Made by a program: the position numbers and the translations under genes. Shown one piece after another: positions 19,497-30,336 of a stretch of 64,000 nt of DNA (positions within the stretch are counted from its first letter, which is position 1; each line of letters starts with the position of its first letter). The stretch covers positions 273,577 through 337,576 of the forward strand of contig JBFWMA010000001.1 of the NCBI GenBank assembly GCA_050251875.1, read 5' to 3'. This DNA is from Deferribacterales bacterium (GTDB taxonomy: Bacteria > Chrysiogenota > Deferribacteres > Deferribacterales > Geovibrionaceae). The notes under the pieces were generated by a model. The model did no database searches. It was not told the origin of the DNA and saw only the letters and a program-made list of their open reading frames with translations.

Positions 19497-19873
19497 ATAG
19501 GACCTCCCAAAATAAGAGTATTTACATCATATTAACACAAATAGGTTAGCTTGAAAATAGAGATTATGTGAAGAAAAAACATGCTCAGTACACCACAAGT
19601 TGATTGACTACCAGGAGAATATCACCAGAATGGCTGAACAGACAAATGAATGGTTTGATATTGTATAGAAATTATCTATGAAAATAATTAAATCACAGAA
19701 CAAGACTTAACATATCGTAATTTGTTTGGATTGAGTGATTCTCTAAAGTTCTAGTATTAAAATATAAATATTATTATGTAATAGTGATATTTGTGGAATA
19801 AATTAATAGTTATTTTAGATATTTACCTATAAGTAAATGATGTTGGGATGCAACTGATTGATAATGAAATATC

Positions 19874-20116
19874 ATGAGGTTGAAATATATGGAATGTTAT
19901 GATGATTTCATGAAGCGGGTGGCATCAAACATCAAAAAGATGAGGATGCAGCACTCGAAAACAGTTGAAGATGTTGCCATTGAGGCACTGGGGCACAGCT
20001 CCAGCGCTTTTTTCAGTCAGGCAGAAAATTATAAGAACGGGAAACATTTTAACCTGAAGCATATTTTTCTGCTGGCAGAATACTTTCAATGCAAAGTAAC
20101 AGATATATTGTCATAA
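19874..20116 (+). CDS. Small XRE-family HTH regulator (start uncertain)
   Basis: NIKKMR...VA..ALGH.S.AFFSQAEN HTH pattern; AT-rich upstream region. Confidence 0.75.
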   Translation: MRLKYMECYDDFMKRVASNIKKMRMQHSKTVEDVAIEALGHSSSAFFSQAENYKNGKHFNLKHIFLLAEYFQCKVTDILS

Positions 20117-21187
20117 ATCGGAGCAGCTGCTGAACGATAGCATGAACTCTGCTCCATTCTCTCTGTTATCCGCCCTAATACTTCCTTTGTATAAATTAGT
20201 CACTATGTTTTTGGTAATATAAAGTCCAAGTCCGGACGAACCTCTGTTCTTTGTTGAAAAACCGGACGTGAATATGCTCTTGAGGTGTTCTTCTGGGATT
20301 CCTCCGCCTGTATCTCTGACAGAGATATTTATCATGCCGTCATTTTCCGTCAGCTTCAGCTCTATGTCTCTGCGCTGCTTGTCTTTTACGGCCTCGGCGG
20401 CGTTGCCCACAAGATTTATGAGCGCCTGTTGCAGTGTGCCTCTGCTGCCCCGCATCAGCATCCTTTTTGTGTCGCATCTCTGCACGCCTGTCCGGCTGAT
20501 GTCGCATGTTCTGTCGCCGCAGCAGCACACTGAAGTGTACCGGATTCCGGATTTTTTAAACTGTGGTTCCATCAGGCTGAATATCAGCGGCATGCAGTCC
20601 CGCACATCAAAAATATCCTGCCCGCTGCCCGGTGTCATGTACTCGAGGAAATCCATGACTGTGGAAGCCATGTGGTTTATCAGCCCCATGTATTCTCCGG
20701 AAAATCTGTCCGCTGTTCTGCTGTCTGCCATTCCCATCCTGACATCATCCGCAAAATCTGCGCAAAGCAGGCTGAGTGAGTTCAGAGGCTGTTTCCACTG
20801 GTGGGCGATATCGGTCAGTCTGCCTCCGGATTCAGTCAGCGTCAGAAACGGGAACGCTGGTTTAGATATATCAGTCATCCTCGTGGTCTCTGTGAGCGAA
20901 ATCATAAAATTATTCTGATATGGATATACTGCCGACAGGGCGAGCTTTCCGCCTTCCGGGCAGATGATGGATATCTCTCTGGGCGGGACAGATCCCTCAG
21001 CCTGTATAGCGGACAGCAGATATCTGGCGCCGGCTTCGTCTGTGATGGACGAAAGAGCGGTTCCCGCACATTCCGCCTGCTCTGATCCGGTCAGACGGCA
21101 GAAGGAATCATTGCATTTTATCACCTCTGCCTCTCTGTTGGCGATCAAAGCCGGTAGGGGCAGTTCTCTAAAAAAAGTATCATTCAT
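20111..21187 (-). CDS. PAS-domain sensor histidine kinase
   Basis: IAHQWKQPLNSL H-box; NLVGNA, DTGGGIP, F.TK and GLGL; start placed at MNDTFF to avoid overlap with ilvA. Confidence 0.85.
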   Translation of the reverse strand: MNDTFFRELPLPALIANREAEVIKCNDSFCRLTGSEQAECAGTALSSITDEAGARYLLSAIQAEGSVPPREISIICPEGGKLALSAVYPYQNNFMISLTETTRMTDISKPAFPFLTLTESGGRLTDIAHQWKQPLNSLSLLCADFADDVRMGMADSRTADRFSGEYMGLINHMASTVMDFLEYMTPGSGQDIFDVRDCMPLIFSLMEPQFKKSGIRYTSVCCCGDRTCDISRTGVQRCDTKRMLMRGSRGTLQQALINLVGNAAEAVKDKQRRDIELKLTENDGMINISVRDTGGGIPEEHLKSIFTSGFSTKNRGSSGLGLYITKNIVTNLYKGSIRADNRENGAEFMLSFSSCSDL

Positions 21188-21358
21188 TAGGCTTGTTTCC
21201 GGTAAATCAGGATAAGTATTTTTACACCTTGTATAGAATAGAAACAAGTTGAATTTACCCATAGGTAATAAAAAAATCAGAATAATAATATTTAGCTTAG
21301 GCAAAAGCAAATGCTTAAAATAGTTTGCATTTGTATCAGATATGATTAAAATATCGAT

Positions 21359-22555
21359 ATGTATAACGAGATAAGCCAGGCGCACGACAGAATAAAAAAA
21401 TATATCAAACACCTTCCGCTCTACTATTCCAATAATTTTTCGGAAAAGACCGGAGCGGACATCTATTTTAAGCTGGAGAGCCTTCAGCGTACCGGTTCGT
21501 TCAAGATCAGGGGGGCGCTGAACTGCATCCTGAAAAATCTTCAGAAATGCTACGACGGCATCATCGCCGCATCCGCCGGAAACCATGCCCAGGGTGTTGC
21601 TTTCAGCGCGAAGACTCTGGGGATACACGCCGTGATAGTCATGCCGGAATTCACTCCTATGGTCAAGGTGGCTAACACTCAGGCATATGGTGCGGAGGTT
21701 ATTCTCCACGGCCAGTCATTCGAAGACGCTTATAAACACGCGCTGAAGATATCGGCGGAGCGCAGTCTCTATTTTGTGCATCCCTTTGATGATCTGGATG
21801 TCATAGCCGGGCAGGGCACCATCGCCTATGAGATACTCTCTGAAAAACCTGATATCGATCAGATAATTGTCCCCGTGGGCGGCGGCGGTCTGATATCCGG
21901 CATCGCTGAATATGTGAAAGGATTCAACCCGAAGATAAAAGTGATCGGCGTTCAGGCGGAGGAAGCCGCCGGGATGGTGAGCAGTCTGTCGGAAGGCAGG
22001 GTGGTGAGCCTGTCCACATCGGCGACTTTTGCCGAGGGGATCGCTGTTAAGCAGGTGGGCGCGAATACGTTCAAATGCTGTCAGAACTGTGTTGACGAGC
22101 TGGTTACGGTTTCCGAGAGCGAGATTGCTCTCGCCGTTCTGGAATATATAGAAAGAGCAAAGCTCGTGGTGGAGGGCGCAGGCGCCGCACCGCTGGCGGC
22201 TCTTCTGGCGGGCAAGATAGACGTGGACAACAAAACGTCTGTTCTGGTGGTTTCCGGCGGCAACATCGACGTCACCACCATCAGCCGGATAATCAGCAGA
22301 GGCATGACCGCCACCGGGCGCTTCATGACCGTGTCCATCATCCTGCGTGACGTTCCGGGGGCTCTGACTTCTCTGTCTCAGGAGATCAGCAGTCTTCAGG
22401 CGAACATCCACGAGATAGTCCACATCCGAAACGACCAGAAGGTACCTCTGAACCAGAGCCGTGTGAACGTCTCTCTGGAGACCAGAGGACAGGATCACAT
22501 CAACAGAATCATGGAGAGGCTTGGTTCTCTTTACGAGGTTACCAGACTGGTATGA
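21359..22555 (+). CDS. ilvA: Threonine ammonia-lyase with C-terminal ACT domain
   Basis: KLESLQRTGSFKIRGA, SAGNHAQG, PVGGGGL and SGGNID motifs. Confidence 0.93.
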   Translation: MYNEISQAHDRIKKYIKHLPLYYSNNFSEKTGADIYFKLESLQRTGSFKIRGALNCILKNLQKCYDGIIAASAGNHAQGVAFSAKTLGIHAVIVMPEFTPMVKVANTQAYGAEVILHGQSFEDAYKHALKISAERSLYFVHPFDDLDVIAGQGTIAYEILSEKPDIDQIIVPVGGGGLISGIAEYVKGFNPKIKVIGVQAEEAAGMVSSLSEGRVVSLSTSATFAEGIAVKQVGANTFKCCQNCVDELVTVSESEIALAVLEYIERAKLVVEGAGAAPLAALLAGKIDVDNKTSVLVVSGGNIDVTTISRIISRGMTATGRFMTVSIILRDVPGALTSLSQEISSLQANIHEIVHIRNDQKVPLNQSRVNVSLETRGQDHINRIMERLGSLYEVTRLV

Positions 22556-23520
22556 TTTACTCTGTGAAACAGACGGTGGTTTCGGCTTTTCAGGAATCTT
22601 ATCATATACTTATATCTCTGTTCAAAATACTCGTTCCCATGATTATACTCATCAAAATACTGGAGATGACCGGGTTTGTCGCCATATTGGGCATGGCGCT
22701 GTCCCCCGTGATGTATCTGGTCGGTCTTCCGGGCGAGATGGGGCTGGTATGGGCTTCTGCTCTGATGACAAATATTTACGGCGGCATAGTGGTTTTCGTG
22801 GCTCTGGCTAAGGGGCTGGACATGACTGTGGCGCAGGTGACTGTCATCGCCTCCATGATGCTGATGGCGCACGCTATTCCGGTGGAGGTACAGATAGCTA
22901 AGAAGGCGGGGACCAGGTTCATCGCCATGACCGCTTTCCGTGTGGTTTCTGCTCTGATATACGGTGTCATACTGAACATTATATACACAGCGACAAACAC
23001 TCTGACAGAACCTGCGAAGGTGCTTTGGTCGCCCCCCGTCCGTGAAAACACGCTGATTGGCTGGGCAACGGGACAGGCGCAGAATCTGCTGTCCATCGCC
23101 GTGATCGTGACTCTTCTGGTTTTTCTGATGAAACTTCTGAAGGTGCTCGGCATCATCAATATAATAAACTCCGCCTGCGGACCTCTGCTGAAGGTGATGG
23201 GGATAGGAAAAGACGCCGCATACGTTACTATGGTGGGCTTTACCCTGGGGCTGACATACGGCGGCGGACTGATCATAAACGAGGCGAAATCCGGCAAACT
23301 GACCCACAGAGACATCTTCTTCGGGCTGGCTTTCATGGGCATCTGCCACTCCATGATAGAGGACACTCTGCTGATGGTTTCCATCGGCGGGCATCTGTCC
23401 GGTCTTCTGTGGATACGCACGATATTCTCAGTTCTTTTGACCGCTCTGGTGGTGCGGCTGTCTGCCATGATGTCCGACAGGGTATTTTACCGCTATCTCT
23501 TCCTGAACCAAAACGCCTGA
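22552..23520 (+). CDS. Nucleoside-recognition (Gate) domain membrane protein
   Basis: Multi-TM protein; LSPVM.LVGLP, AHAIPVE, GLTYGGGLII and CHSMIEDT motifs. Confidence 0.8.
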   Translation: MIYSVKQTVVSAFQESYHILISLFKILVPMIILIKILEMTGFVAILGMALSPVMYLVGLPGEMGLVWASALMTNIYGGIVVFVALAKGLDMTVAQVTVIASMMLMAHAIPVEVQIAKKAGTRFIAMTAFRVVSALIYGVILNIIYTATNTLTEPAKVLWSPPVRENTLIGWATGQAQNLLSIAVIVTLLVFLMKLLKVLGIINIINSACGPLLKVMGIGKDAAYVTMVGFTLGLTYGGGLIINEAKSGKLTHRDIFFGLAFMGICHSMIEDTLLMVSIGGHLSGLLWIRTIFSVLLTALVVRLSAMMSDRVFYRYLFLNQNA

Positions 23521-23557
23521 TATCAGTCATATACCTTATATAGTCTGAAGGTGTGCC

Positions 23558-26278
23558 ATGAAAAAATATCTCATATTCCTTTTATCTGTTGTTCCTGTTC
23601 TGTCATTCGCGGCTAAAGATGTTTCCGAGATCACCGCTTCGTTCAATCCGGCGGCTAAAACCATATCCGGTACCGTGGACGGAAAAGAGTTCACCTGCTC
23701 CATGCAGGGGGACGGTCATGTGTTCATCACCGACAGATCATGTGATGACATGAACATATCCGCATATGAAATGGAGCTGGCGATACCGAAGAGATATACA
23801 GTCGTGGCGGAATCAGACAGAGCCGTCAGGACAAAGAAAGGATATAAGATTTCGCTGGAGCATGCGGACGGTTTTCCCGTTATAGCTGTTTCCGACAGCT
23901 GGAAGGAGAAATCGGACACCTATAAAGGCATAGTAATCAGTACATATTTCACAGGAGAGAACGACAGATTCGCCGATTCTTATTTATCAAAAACAAAAGA
24001 GCTCCTTGATACATATCTGAAAATATTCGGAAAATATCCTTACGGCAGGTTTTCCATAGCAGACGTGCCCTATCCGGTGGGGCATGCGCTGGTATCGCTG
24101 ACATTCATCTCCGACAGAATCGTATCTATGCCTTTCATGCTGAACACATCGCTGGGGCATGAGCTCTTTCACCAGTGGATGGGCGTTTCCGTGGATACGA
24201 AACAGGGGGACGGCAACTGGGCGGAGGGGCTGACAACCTACATGGCGGACAGGCTCTACAGCGAGACGGGCGGAATCGGAGCGGAGTACAGAAAAGGCGC
24301 TCTGCTGAATGTGATGTCCAACGCCAGACAGAAAGAGGACGGCACATGCCTGCTGGGGTTCGAGTATAAGAAGGATAACACATCACAGGCGGTGGGATAT
24401 TCTAAATCTATGATGGTATTCTCCATGCTTGAGGAGCTTTCAGACGATAAATTTAATGACGGGCTTAAACTGCTCTATGACAGATATAAATATTCCGAAG
24501 CGTCATGGGACGATATCCAGAAAGCGTTTGAGCAGGCATCCGGAAAAGATTTCGGAGCTTTTTTTGACGGCTGGCTGGCAGAAACGGCTCTGGCTGAGTT
24601 CGATATCACCGATATAAATGTAGCAGGCGAGGCAAACGGCTTTTCTGTGTCATTTACCGTGAAAAATAAATACGAATGGCTGAACTATCCTCTGGAAGTG
24701 ATTGTTAAAACAGACGGAAAGAATATTCGAAAAACTATATATATCTCGAAAAAAACGGAGAAATTTAACATCCTCACAGCGGACAGACCGAAAAACCTGA
24801 TAATCGATCCGGAGTACAGAACAGCCAGGATGATTGACAGTGAAGAGATTTATCCCACTATGTACGCTCTGTTTTCTAAATATCCGAAGGCGGTTTTTGT
24901 AAACAAAAGAGACATGCCGAAATTCTCTAAGATGATAGAACAGATAGATAAAGCCGTGGTGTACGATGACGGCGTAAATCCTTATCAGCATACGGATAAG
25001 ATAATGGTCTTTCTGGGTGAGGAGAATGATGCGTATAAGAAGCTGTATGACAAAAGGGTGACCGACAGCATGTATGATTTCGGGGCGTATGCTCTGGTGA
25101 ACCCGCTGTATCCTGAGCGGACGGCGTATCTGATATCCGAGAAGGACGCCGACAGCATCGCTTCGAATTTCAGCAGGGTTAGACATTACGGCGGATATTC
25201 GGCTGTGATAATAGGCGGCGGAAAAGCGCTGACACGCACCGATGACGCCTCTCATGGAACGGTTTATGATCTGACTGACGACAGACAGGGGGTGAAGGTG
25301 GACAGGTCGCTTTCTCTGGAAGATATAGTGAACGGCACAAAGAATTCCGGCGTTTATTACATTGGCGAGAGCCACACGTCTTTCGCTCATCACCTGAATC
25401 AGCTTGAGCTGGTGAAACAGCTTGTCTCTGCCGGAAAGGATGTCGCCATCGGGCTGGAGATGATTCAGAAACCGTTTCAGAAGTATCTGGACAGCTACAT
25501 AAAAGGCGACATCACAGAAAAAGAGATGCTGAAAAAGACAGAATATTATGACAGATGGCGGTTCGATTTTCGTATGTACCGCCCTGTTTTCGCATATGCC
25601 AGAGAGAACAGAATCCCCCTTATCGCTCTGAACGCCCCTGCCGAACTGACAAAAAAAGTTTCAGCAGGAGGCATCCGCTCGCTCACCGATGCAGAGGTGA
25701 AGGAGCTTCCGGAGATCAGATATACGGCGGGAAGATATAAAGATTTTCTGAAAGGCGTGTTCGAGCGGCACGAAAAGGACAATTTCGAAAACTTTTACGA
25801 ATCCCAGCTCCTTTGGGACGAGACAATGGCGGACAGCACCGGAAGATATATGAAGGAACATCCGGAAAAGACAATGGTGATAATGGCTGGCGGAGGACAC
25901 ATCGCCTATAAAGAGGCGATACCGGAGAGGCTGTTCAGACGGAACGGCGTCAGCTACACAGCCATAGTTCAGGATGAGGAGCCCACGGGCGGAGTCGCCG
26001 ATTATGTGCTTTATCCGGCGGAGATGGAATACGCTTCGTCCCCCATGATAGGCGTCATGCTGGAAGAGGGCAGTCTGGAAGTGAAAGGATTTTCTGACGA
26101 AAGTCCCGCCGGAAACGCCAGTGTGAAGAAGGGCGATATCCTGACGGAGTTCAACGGAACCAGACTGAACGCCCTGAGCGATCTTAAGCTGGAACTGCTT
26201 TACGCCGAAAAAGGCGGAACATATGATCTGACTGTCATGCGTGAGGGAAAAGCTGTTAAGCTGAAAGTGACGCTCTGA
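23558..26278 (+). CDS. Exported M1 metallopeptidase - ChaN-like - PDZ multidomain protein
   Basis: HELFH...WAEGLTTY; YIGESH...HH..QL, GLEM, WDETMA and GGGH (ChaN/EreA-like); C-terminal PDZ (SPA..A.VKKGDIL). Confidence 0.85.
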   Translation: MKKYLIFLLSVVPVLSFAAKDVSEITASFNPAAKTISGTVDGKEFTCSMQGDGHVFITDRSCDDMNISAYEMELAIPKRYTVVAESDRAVRTKKGYKISLEHADGFPVIAVSDSWKEKSDTYKGIVISTYFTGENDRFADSYLSKTKELLDTYLKIFGKYPYGRFSIADVPYPVGHALVSLTFISDRIVSMPFMLNTSLGHELFHQWMGVSVDTKQGDGNWAEGLTTYMADRLYSETGGIGAEYRKGALLNVMSNARQKEDGTCLLGFEYKKDNTSQAVGYSKSMMVFSMLEELSDDKFNDGLKLLYDRYKYSEASWDDIQKAFEQASGKDFGAFFDGWLAETALAEFDITDINVAGEANGFSVSFTVKNKYEWLNYPLEVIVKTDGKNIRKTIYISKKTEKFNILTADRPKNLIIDPEYRTARMIDSEEIYPTMYALFSKYPKAVFVNKRDMPKFSKMIEQIDKAVVYDDGVNPYQHTDKIMVFLGEENDAYKKLYDKRVTDSMYDFGAYALVNPLYPERTAYLISEKDADSIASNFSRVRHYGGYSAVIIGGGKALTRTDDASHGTVYDLTDDRQGVKVDRSLSLEDIVNGTKNSGVYYIGESHTSFAHHLNQLELVKQLVSAGKDVAIGLEMIQKPFQKYLDSYIKGDITEKEMLKKTEYYDRWRFDFRMYRPVFAYARENRIPLIALNAPAELTKKVSAGGIRSLTDAEVKELPEIRYTAGRYKDFLKGVFERHEKDNFENFYESQLLWDETMADSTGRYMKEHPEKTMVIMAGGGHIAYKEAIPERLFRRNGVSYTAIVQDEEPTGGVADYVLYPAEMEYASSPMIGVMLEEGSLEVKGFSDESPAGNASVKKGDILTEFNGTRLNALSDLKLELLYAEKGGTYDLTVMREGKAVKLKVTL

Positions 26279-28078
26279 TTATCTTTTCTTCTTTTTCACC
26301 AGAGCGCATTTGCCCGTGGCGCATTTTTTTGACGCCTGCGGTTTTGGTCTCTGTGACCCGGTCTTCTTTTTCGGGGCGGGTTTGTGAAACTCTTTGGACG
26401 TAACCATCGCTTTCTGCCTGATCTTCTTTGATGTTTCTTTCTCCACATAGATATGCTCCCCGGTAAAGGGGTCAGTCTCTGTGTAGTACATCAGAGCGGA
26501 ATAGGTGGATGGCAGAGGAGTGAATATCTGTACCTGTTCCGGATTTATCTTAAGCTCTTTTGACGTGAAGTTTTTCAGCTTCTCCATATCGCCCAGAGAA
26601 CATCCAGGATGGGCGGCTATGAGATAATATGTAAGATACTGTCTTTTATTTTGTTTCTTGTTTTCTTTGTTAAACGCTTCTACAAATTTTTTCAGAACTC
26701 CGGATGAGGGTTTCCCCATCAGGTTCAGCACTCTGTCCTCTGTATGTTCCGGAGCTATCTTGAGCTGTCCGCTGACGTGGTATTTCACCAGATTTTCCAG
26801 ATACTGTCCGCCGAATTTCGTATCGTCTATTATCATGTCGTATCGGATGCCTGACGCAATGAAGACACGTCTGACGCCTCTGATATTTCTGACGGCGGCG
26901 AGCAGACTGCTGACCTTTCTGTGATCCGCAGGCATCTGATCGCATTTGGCGGGGAACAGACAGCGTTTTTCGGGGCATCTGCCGTGCTGTTTCTTCTTTT
27001 TACATTCCATTCCGTACATATTCGCGGTGGGTCCGCCAACATCGTTGATGATCCCGTTAAAATTTTCCATGGAGGCGTATCTCTCCACCTCTTTTACAAC
27101 GGAGTGTTCCGTGCGTTCGGATATGGTAGTGCCCTGATGCACGGCTATAGCGCAGAAACTGCACTCTCCGTAGCATCCTCTGTGTGTCGTCACAGAGTTT
27201 CTGACCGTGTCTATCGCTTTCACCTGACCGTCTTTGGCATAGAAGGGGTGTACCTTGTAGGTGTAGGGGAGCTCGTAATAGCTGTTCAACTCCACTCTGT
27301 CCGGTGTTTCAGACGGAGGGTTCTGTATGAGATACCGTGTATCCTGTTTCTGAGCCAGACCCTTTGCCGTGATCGGGTCGTTGTTCTTATAGAATGTATG
27401 GAACATCTGGATGAATTTCTTTTTGTCCTTCAGGCAGTCTTCGTGGGAAGGCAGCTCGAGGAATCCGGCGGGTATGTCTTTTGATATGTAGCAGAGTCCT
27501 CTTATTGTGGAGGTGTCTTTGCCGTCTTTCAGCGCCTTCGCCAGCGCCAGAATCGTTTTTTCGCCCATACCGTATATCAGGTAGTCAGCCTTGGAATCGA
27601 AAAGCACGGACTTTCTGAGCGTATCGCTCCAGAAGTCGTAGTGAGTGACCCTGCGGAGGCTTGCCTCTATTCCGCCGGCCACTATGGGCGCTGTATTTTT
27701 AAAATTTCTTCTTATCAGGTTTGTATAGGTGATGACGGCACGGTCAGGGCGTCTGGTATTTTCGCCTCCGGGTGTGAAGTCATCGCTCTTTCTGGGTTTT
27801 TTCGAAGCGGTGTAGTTAGCCACCATGGAATCCACGCATCCGCCTGAAACACCCCAGAAGAGTTTCGGCTCGCCCAGTCTGGCGATTTCTTCGTTGTTTA
27901 TGTCAGGCTGCGCTATGATGGCTGTTTTGTATCCGGCTGATTCCAGCAGACGCCCGAGCAGGGCAGTCCCGTTATATGGCGAATCCAGATAGGTATCGCC
28001 GCAGACGAGTATCACGTCGGGGCGTTCTCCGCCCAGTTCTTCCGGTGTCGTGGGCAGAAATGTTGTGTTTTGTCTCAT
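26279..28078 (-). CDS. ygiQ: YgiQ-family radical SAM protein
   Basis: HRGCYGECSFC, GGIEASLRR..HYDFW, GGPTANMYG and EQVQIFTP motifs. Confidence 0.93.
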   Translation of the reverse strand: MRQNTTFLPTTPEELGGERPDVILVCGDTYLDSPYNGTALLGRLLESAGYKTAIIAQPDINNEEIARLGEPKLFWGVSGGCVDSMVANYTASKKPRKSDDFTPGGENTRRPDRAVITYTNLIRRNFKNTAPIVAGGIEASLRRVTHYDFWSDTLRKSVLFDSKADYLIYGMGEKTILALAKALKDGKDTSTIRGLCYISKDIPAGFLELPSHEDCLKDKKKFIQMFHTFYKNNDPITAKGLAQKQDTRYLIQNPPSETPDRVELNSYYELPYTYKVHPFYAKDGQVKAIDTVRNSVTTHRGCYGECSFCAIAVHQGTTISERTEHSVVKEVERYASMENFNGIINDVGGPTANMYGMECKKKKQHGRCPEKRCLFPAKCDQMPADHRKVSSLLAAVRNIRGVRRVFIASGIRYDMIIDDTKFGGQYLENLVKYHVSGQLKIAPEHTEDRVLNLMGKPSSGVLKKFVEAFNKENKKQNKRQYLTYYLIAAHPGCSLGDMEKLKNFTSKELKINPEQVQIFTPLPSTYSALMYYTETDPFTGEHIYVEKETSKKIRQKAMVTSKEFHKPAPKKKTGSQRPKPQASKKCATGKCALVKKKKR

Positions 28079-29964
28079 TGTTTAAATAGTCCCGAGATGA
28101 TCTCTTTGTATCGTTTCTCTATGTAGTGTCTTCTTTTTTTCAGGGTATTGGTGAGCTCTTCGCCCTGTTTGAAATCTTTATCCAGAAAAGAGATATTATG
28201 CAGTTTTTCGTGGGATTTGAAACCTTTTTTATTGGTCAGCAGTTTATTTATCTCACGTTTGACATGTTCCACGACGGGGCGTGAGTTGATGTCGTCGTCC
28301 TGTTTCATTCCGGATATCTTTGTGGTGATGTAGTCTTTGAACTTTTCCATGTCGGGAACTATCAGCGCTCCCAGACTCTTCTGATCCTGTCCCACCAGCA
28401 CGGCATCCTTAACGAAAGGAAGCACGGTGATGGCTGATTCTATCTTTGACGGGTCGATATTCTCTCCGTTTGCCAGCACGATGATGTCTTTGATGCGTCC
28501 TGTTATCTGGAGCTCGCCGGAGAAAGTCAGCCTGCCCAGATCGCCCGTGCGGAAGTAGCCGTCTTTGGTGAATGACCTCTCGTTCTCCTCCGGATTGTTG
28601 TAATATCCGGAGAAAACCTGCGGACCTTTCACCAGTATCTCTCCTTCTGTGCCGTTGGGAACTCTGCCGCCGTTTTCATCGACTATCTTCAGGTCTGTTC
28701 CGGCGACCGGTTTTCCGAGTGTTCCGAAGACAGGACAGTCCAGTCCTCTGCCGGCTATGGCGGGGGCGCATTCTGTCATGCCGTAGGCGTTGACGATCCT
28801 GAGACCGATGGCGTCGAGCCAGTCTTCCAGATAGGCGGGCAGACTGCCTCCGCCTGATACTGCAAGCCTCATTTTTCCGCCGAACTTAGCCTGTACCGCC
28901 CTGAACTTGTTCATCGCTATTATCTTGAGCGGTATCAGAAGGATGACTTTTATCAGTGCTCTGACCGTGTCTGTGATCCTTTTGGAAAGCTCCGGCTCTT
29001 CGAACTCCGGAGAGACTCCCAGCAGATATCTTGAATTTCTGTTGAAAGAGGCGGAAGCCCTGACAAGAAATTTGAACATCAGAAGTTTTGCTTTGGACTG
29101 TTTTTCCAGAGCGGATTCTATCTTGGTATACAGCGATTCCCAGACTCTGGGGACAGTGGTTACTATGGTGGGTTTATACTGTTCCAGATCCTGAGCGAAA
29201 GTTTTTATGCTGGAATAGGTTGTGCAGCATCCGTTCGTCACGGCGGTGAGCTCCACCGCTCTCTCGAAGATGTGCCAGGTGGGGAGTATGGACACAAAGC
29301 TGTCCTCGTCCGTGAGATTCACGATATCCGGCAGGATATCAAGATTATGCAGAACATTCGCGTGGGACAGTATGACTCCCTTCGGATATCCTGTGGTGCC
29401 TGATGTATATATTATGGTGTATGTATCATCCGATGTGCCGACCGTTGTGTTGATAAACTCTGTCAGCTCACCTTCGGTGATGCTTCTGTCCTGAAGTATC
29501 TCGTTATAGGTGTGCACCCTGCCTTTCGGCGAGTGTTTATCTTCTCCCTCTATCAGGAAAATATTTTTGAAAAAAGCCTCTTCGATGTGTGATTTGGAGT
29601 TTTCGAAGATCTCTTCTGTTTCGAAGATGGCGAAGTCTGCCTCAGAATGTCCTGTGATATAGCGCATTTCCGGCGGCGGGGTGTCGCTTCCTCTGGGGAT
29701 GCTGACAGCTCCTAAGGATGCCAGAGCCATATCGGTGACAATCCACGCATAGCGGTTGTCAGATATGAAGAGCGCCTTTGCCCCTTTGTACAGACCGTAT
29801 GAGCGTAAGGCTCTGGAGAGGAGATATACATCCTCCAGCAGTTTTTTGTATGTCACCCTGTACTCTGAACTGCCTGACCTGTAAATAAAGGCTGTGTTGT
29901 TTCTGTATTTCAGACATGCTTTCACAAACATGCTGAAGACTGTTCTGTTTTTAATACTATCCAT
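28075..29964 (-). CDS. Long-chain fatty acid-CoA ligase (AMP-binding)
   Basis: IIYTSGTTGYPKGV, YGMTE, FRTGDLG and GRIKD motifs. Confidence 0.92.
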   Translation of the reverse strand: MDSIKNRTVFSMFVKACLKYRNNTAFIYRSGSSEYRVTYKKLLEDVYLLSRALRSYGLYKGAKALFISDNRYAWIVTDMALASLGAVSIPRGSDTPPPEMRYITGHSEADFAIFETEEIFENSKSHIEEAFFKNIFLIEGEDKHSPKGRVHTYNEILQDRSITEGELTEFINTTVGTSDDTYTIIYTSGTTGYPKGVILSHANVLHNLDILPDIVNLTDEDSFVSILPTWHIFERAVELTAVTNGCCTTYSSIKTFAQDLEQYKPTIVTTVPRVWESLYTKIESALEKQSKAKLLMFKFLVRASASFNRNSRYLLGVSPEFEEPELSKRITDTVRALIKVILLIPLKIIAMNKFRAVQAKFGGKMRLAVSGGGSLPAYLEDWLDAIGLRIVNAYGMTECAPAIAGRGLDCPVFGTLGKPVAGTDLKIVDENGGRVPNGTEGEILVKGPQVFSGYYNNPEENERSFTKDGYFRTGDLGRLTFSGELQITGRIKDIIVLANGENIDPSKIESAITVLPFVKDAVLVGQDQKSLGALIVPDMEKFKDYITTKISGMKQDDDINSRPVVEHVKREINKLLTNKKGFKSHEKLHNISFLDKDFKQGEELTNTLKKRRHYIEKRYKEIISGLFKQ

Positions 29965-30163
29965 TTAAATATTTCCGATAAAAATATATTTTAGTTTAAT
30001 CGCACCGCATATGCAATAAATAATTAGGATATTTACTGATACGTAAAATCGTGGTTCAGCACATAAAAAAGTATGATTTTTTTCTCTGAAATATTCTGGT
30101 TAAATATTAAACAAAACGGCTAAGTTTCTTAAACTCTGCGTTTTTTTTCCAGCATATCAAAAA

Positions 30164-30336
30164 TCTTACACATTTTCTCCACAAATTTGTGGAGAAAAAA
30201 GTGCTTGACAGCTCTAAACCTTGCATGTCAAGGCTTTGTGGTAAGTCACTCATATTACAGCGATAATGTTTAAAGGTGATGAACGGGGCGTAAGTTTATA
30301 CAAAAACCTGATATTTTTTTCCACAGGGTTTCCACA
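30164..30336. promoter_or_regulatory. Cluster of DnaA-box-like 9-mers (candidate oriC or DnaA-titration locus)
   Basis: Against TTWTNCACA: 30317 TTTTCCACA is perfect; 30164, 30175, 30188 (rc), 30296 and 30328 have one mismatch; 30237 (rc) has two; AT-rich flank at 29965-30130. Confidence 0.55.

Noticed and set aside
21188..21709. N-terminal extension of the 532-aa kinase ORF
   Set aside because: Antisense to ilvA and spans an AT-rich promoter region; the PAS domain starts at 21187
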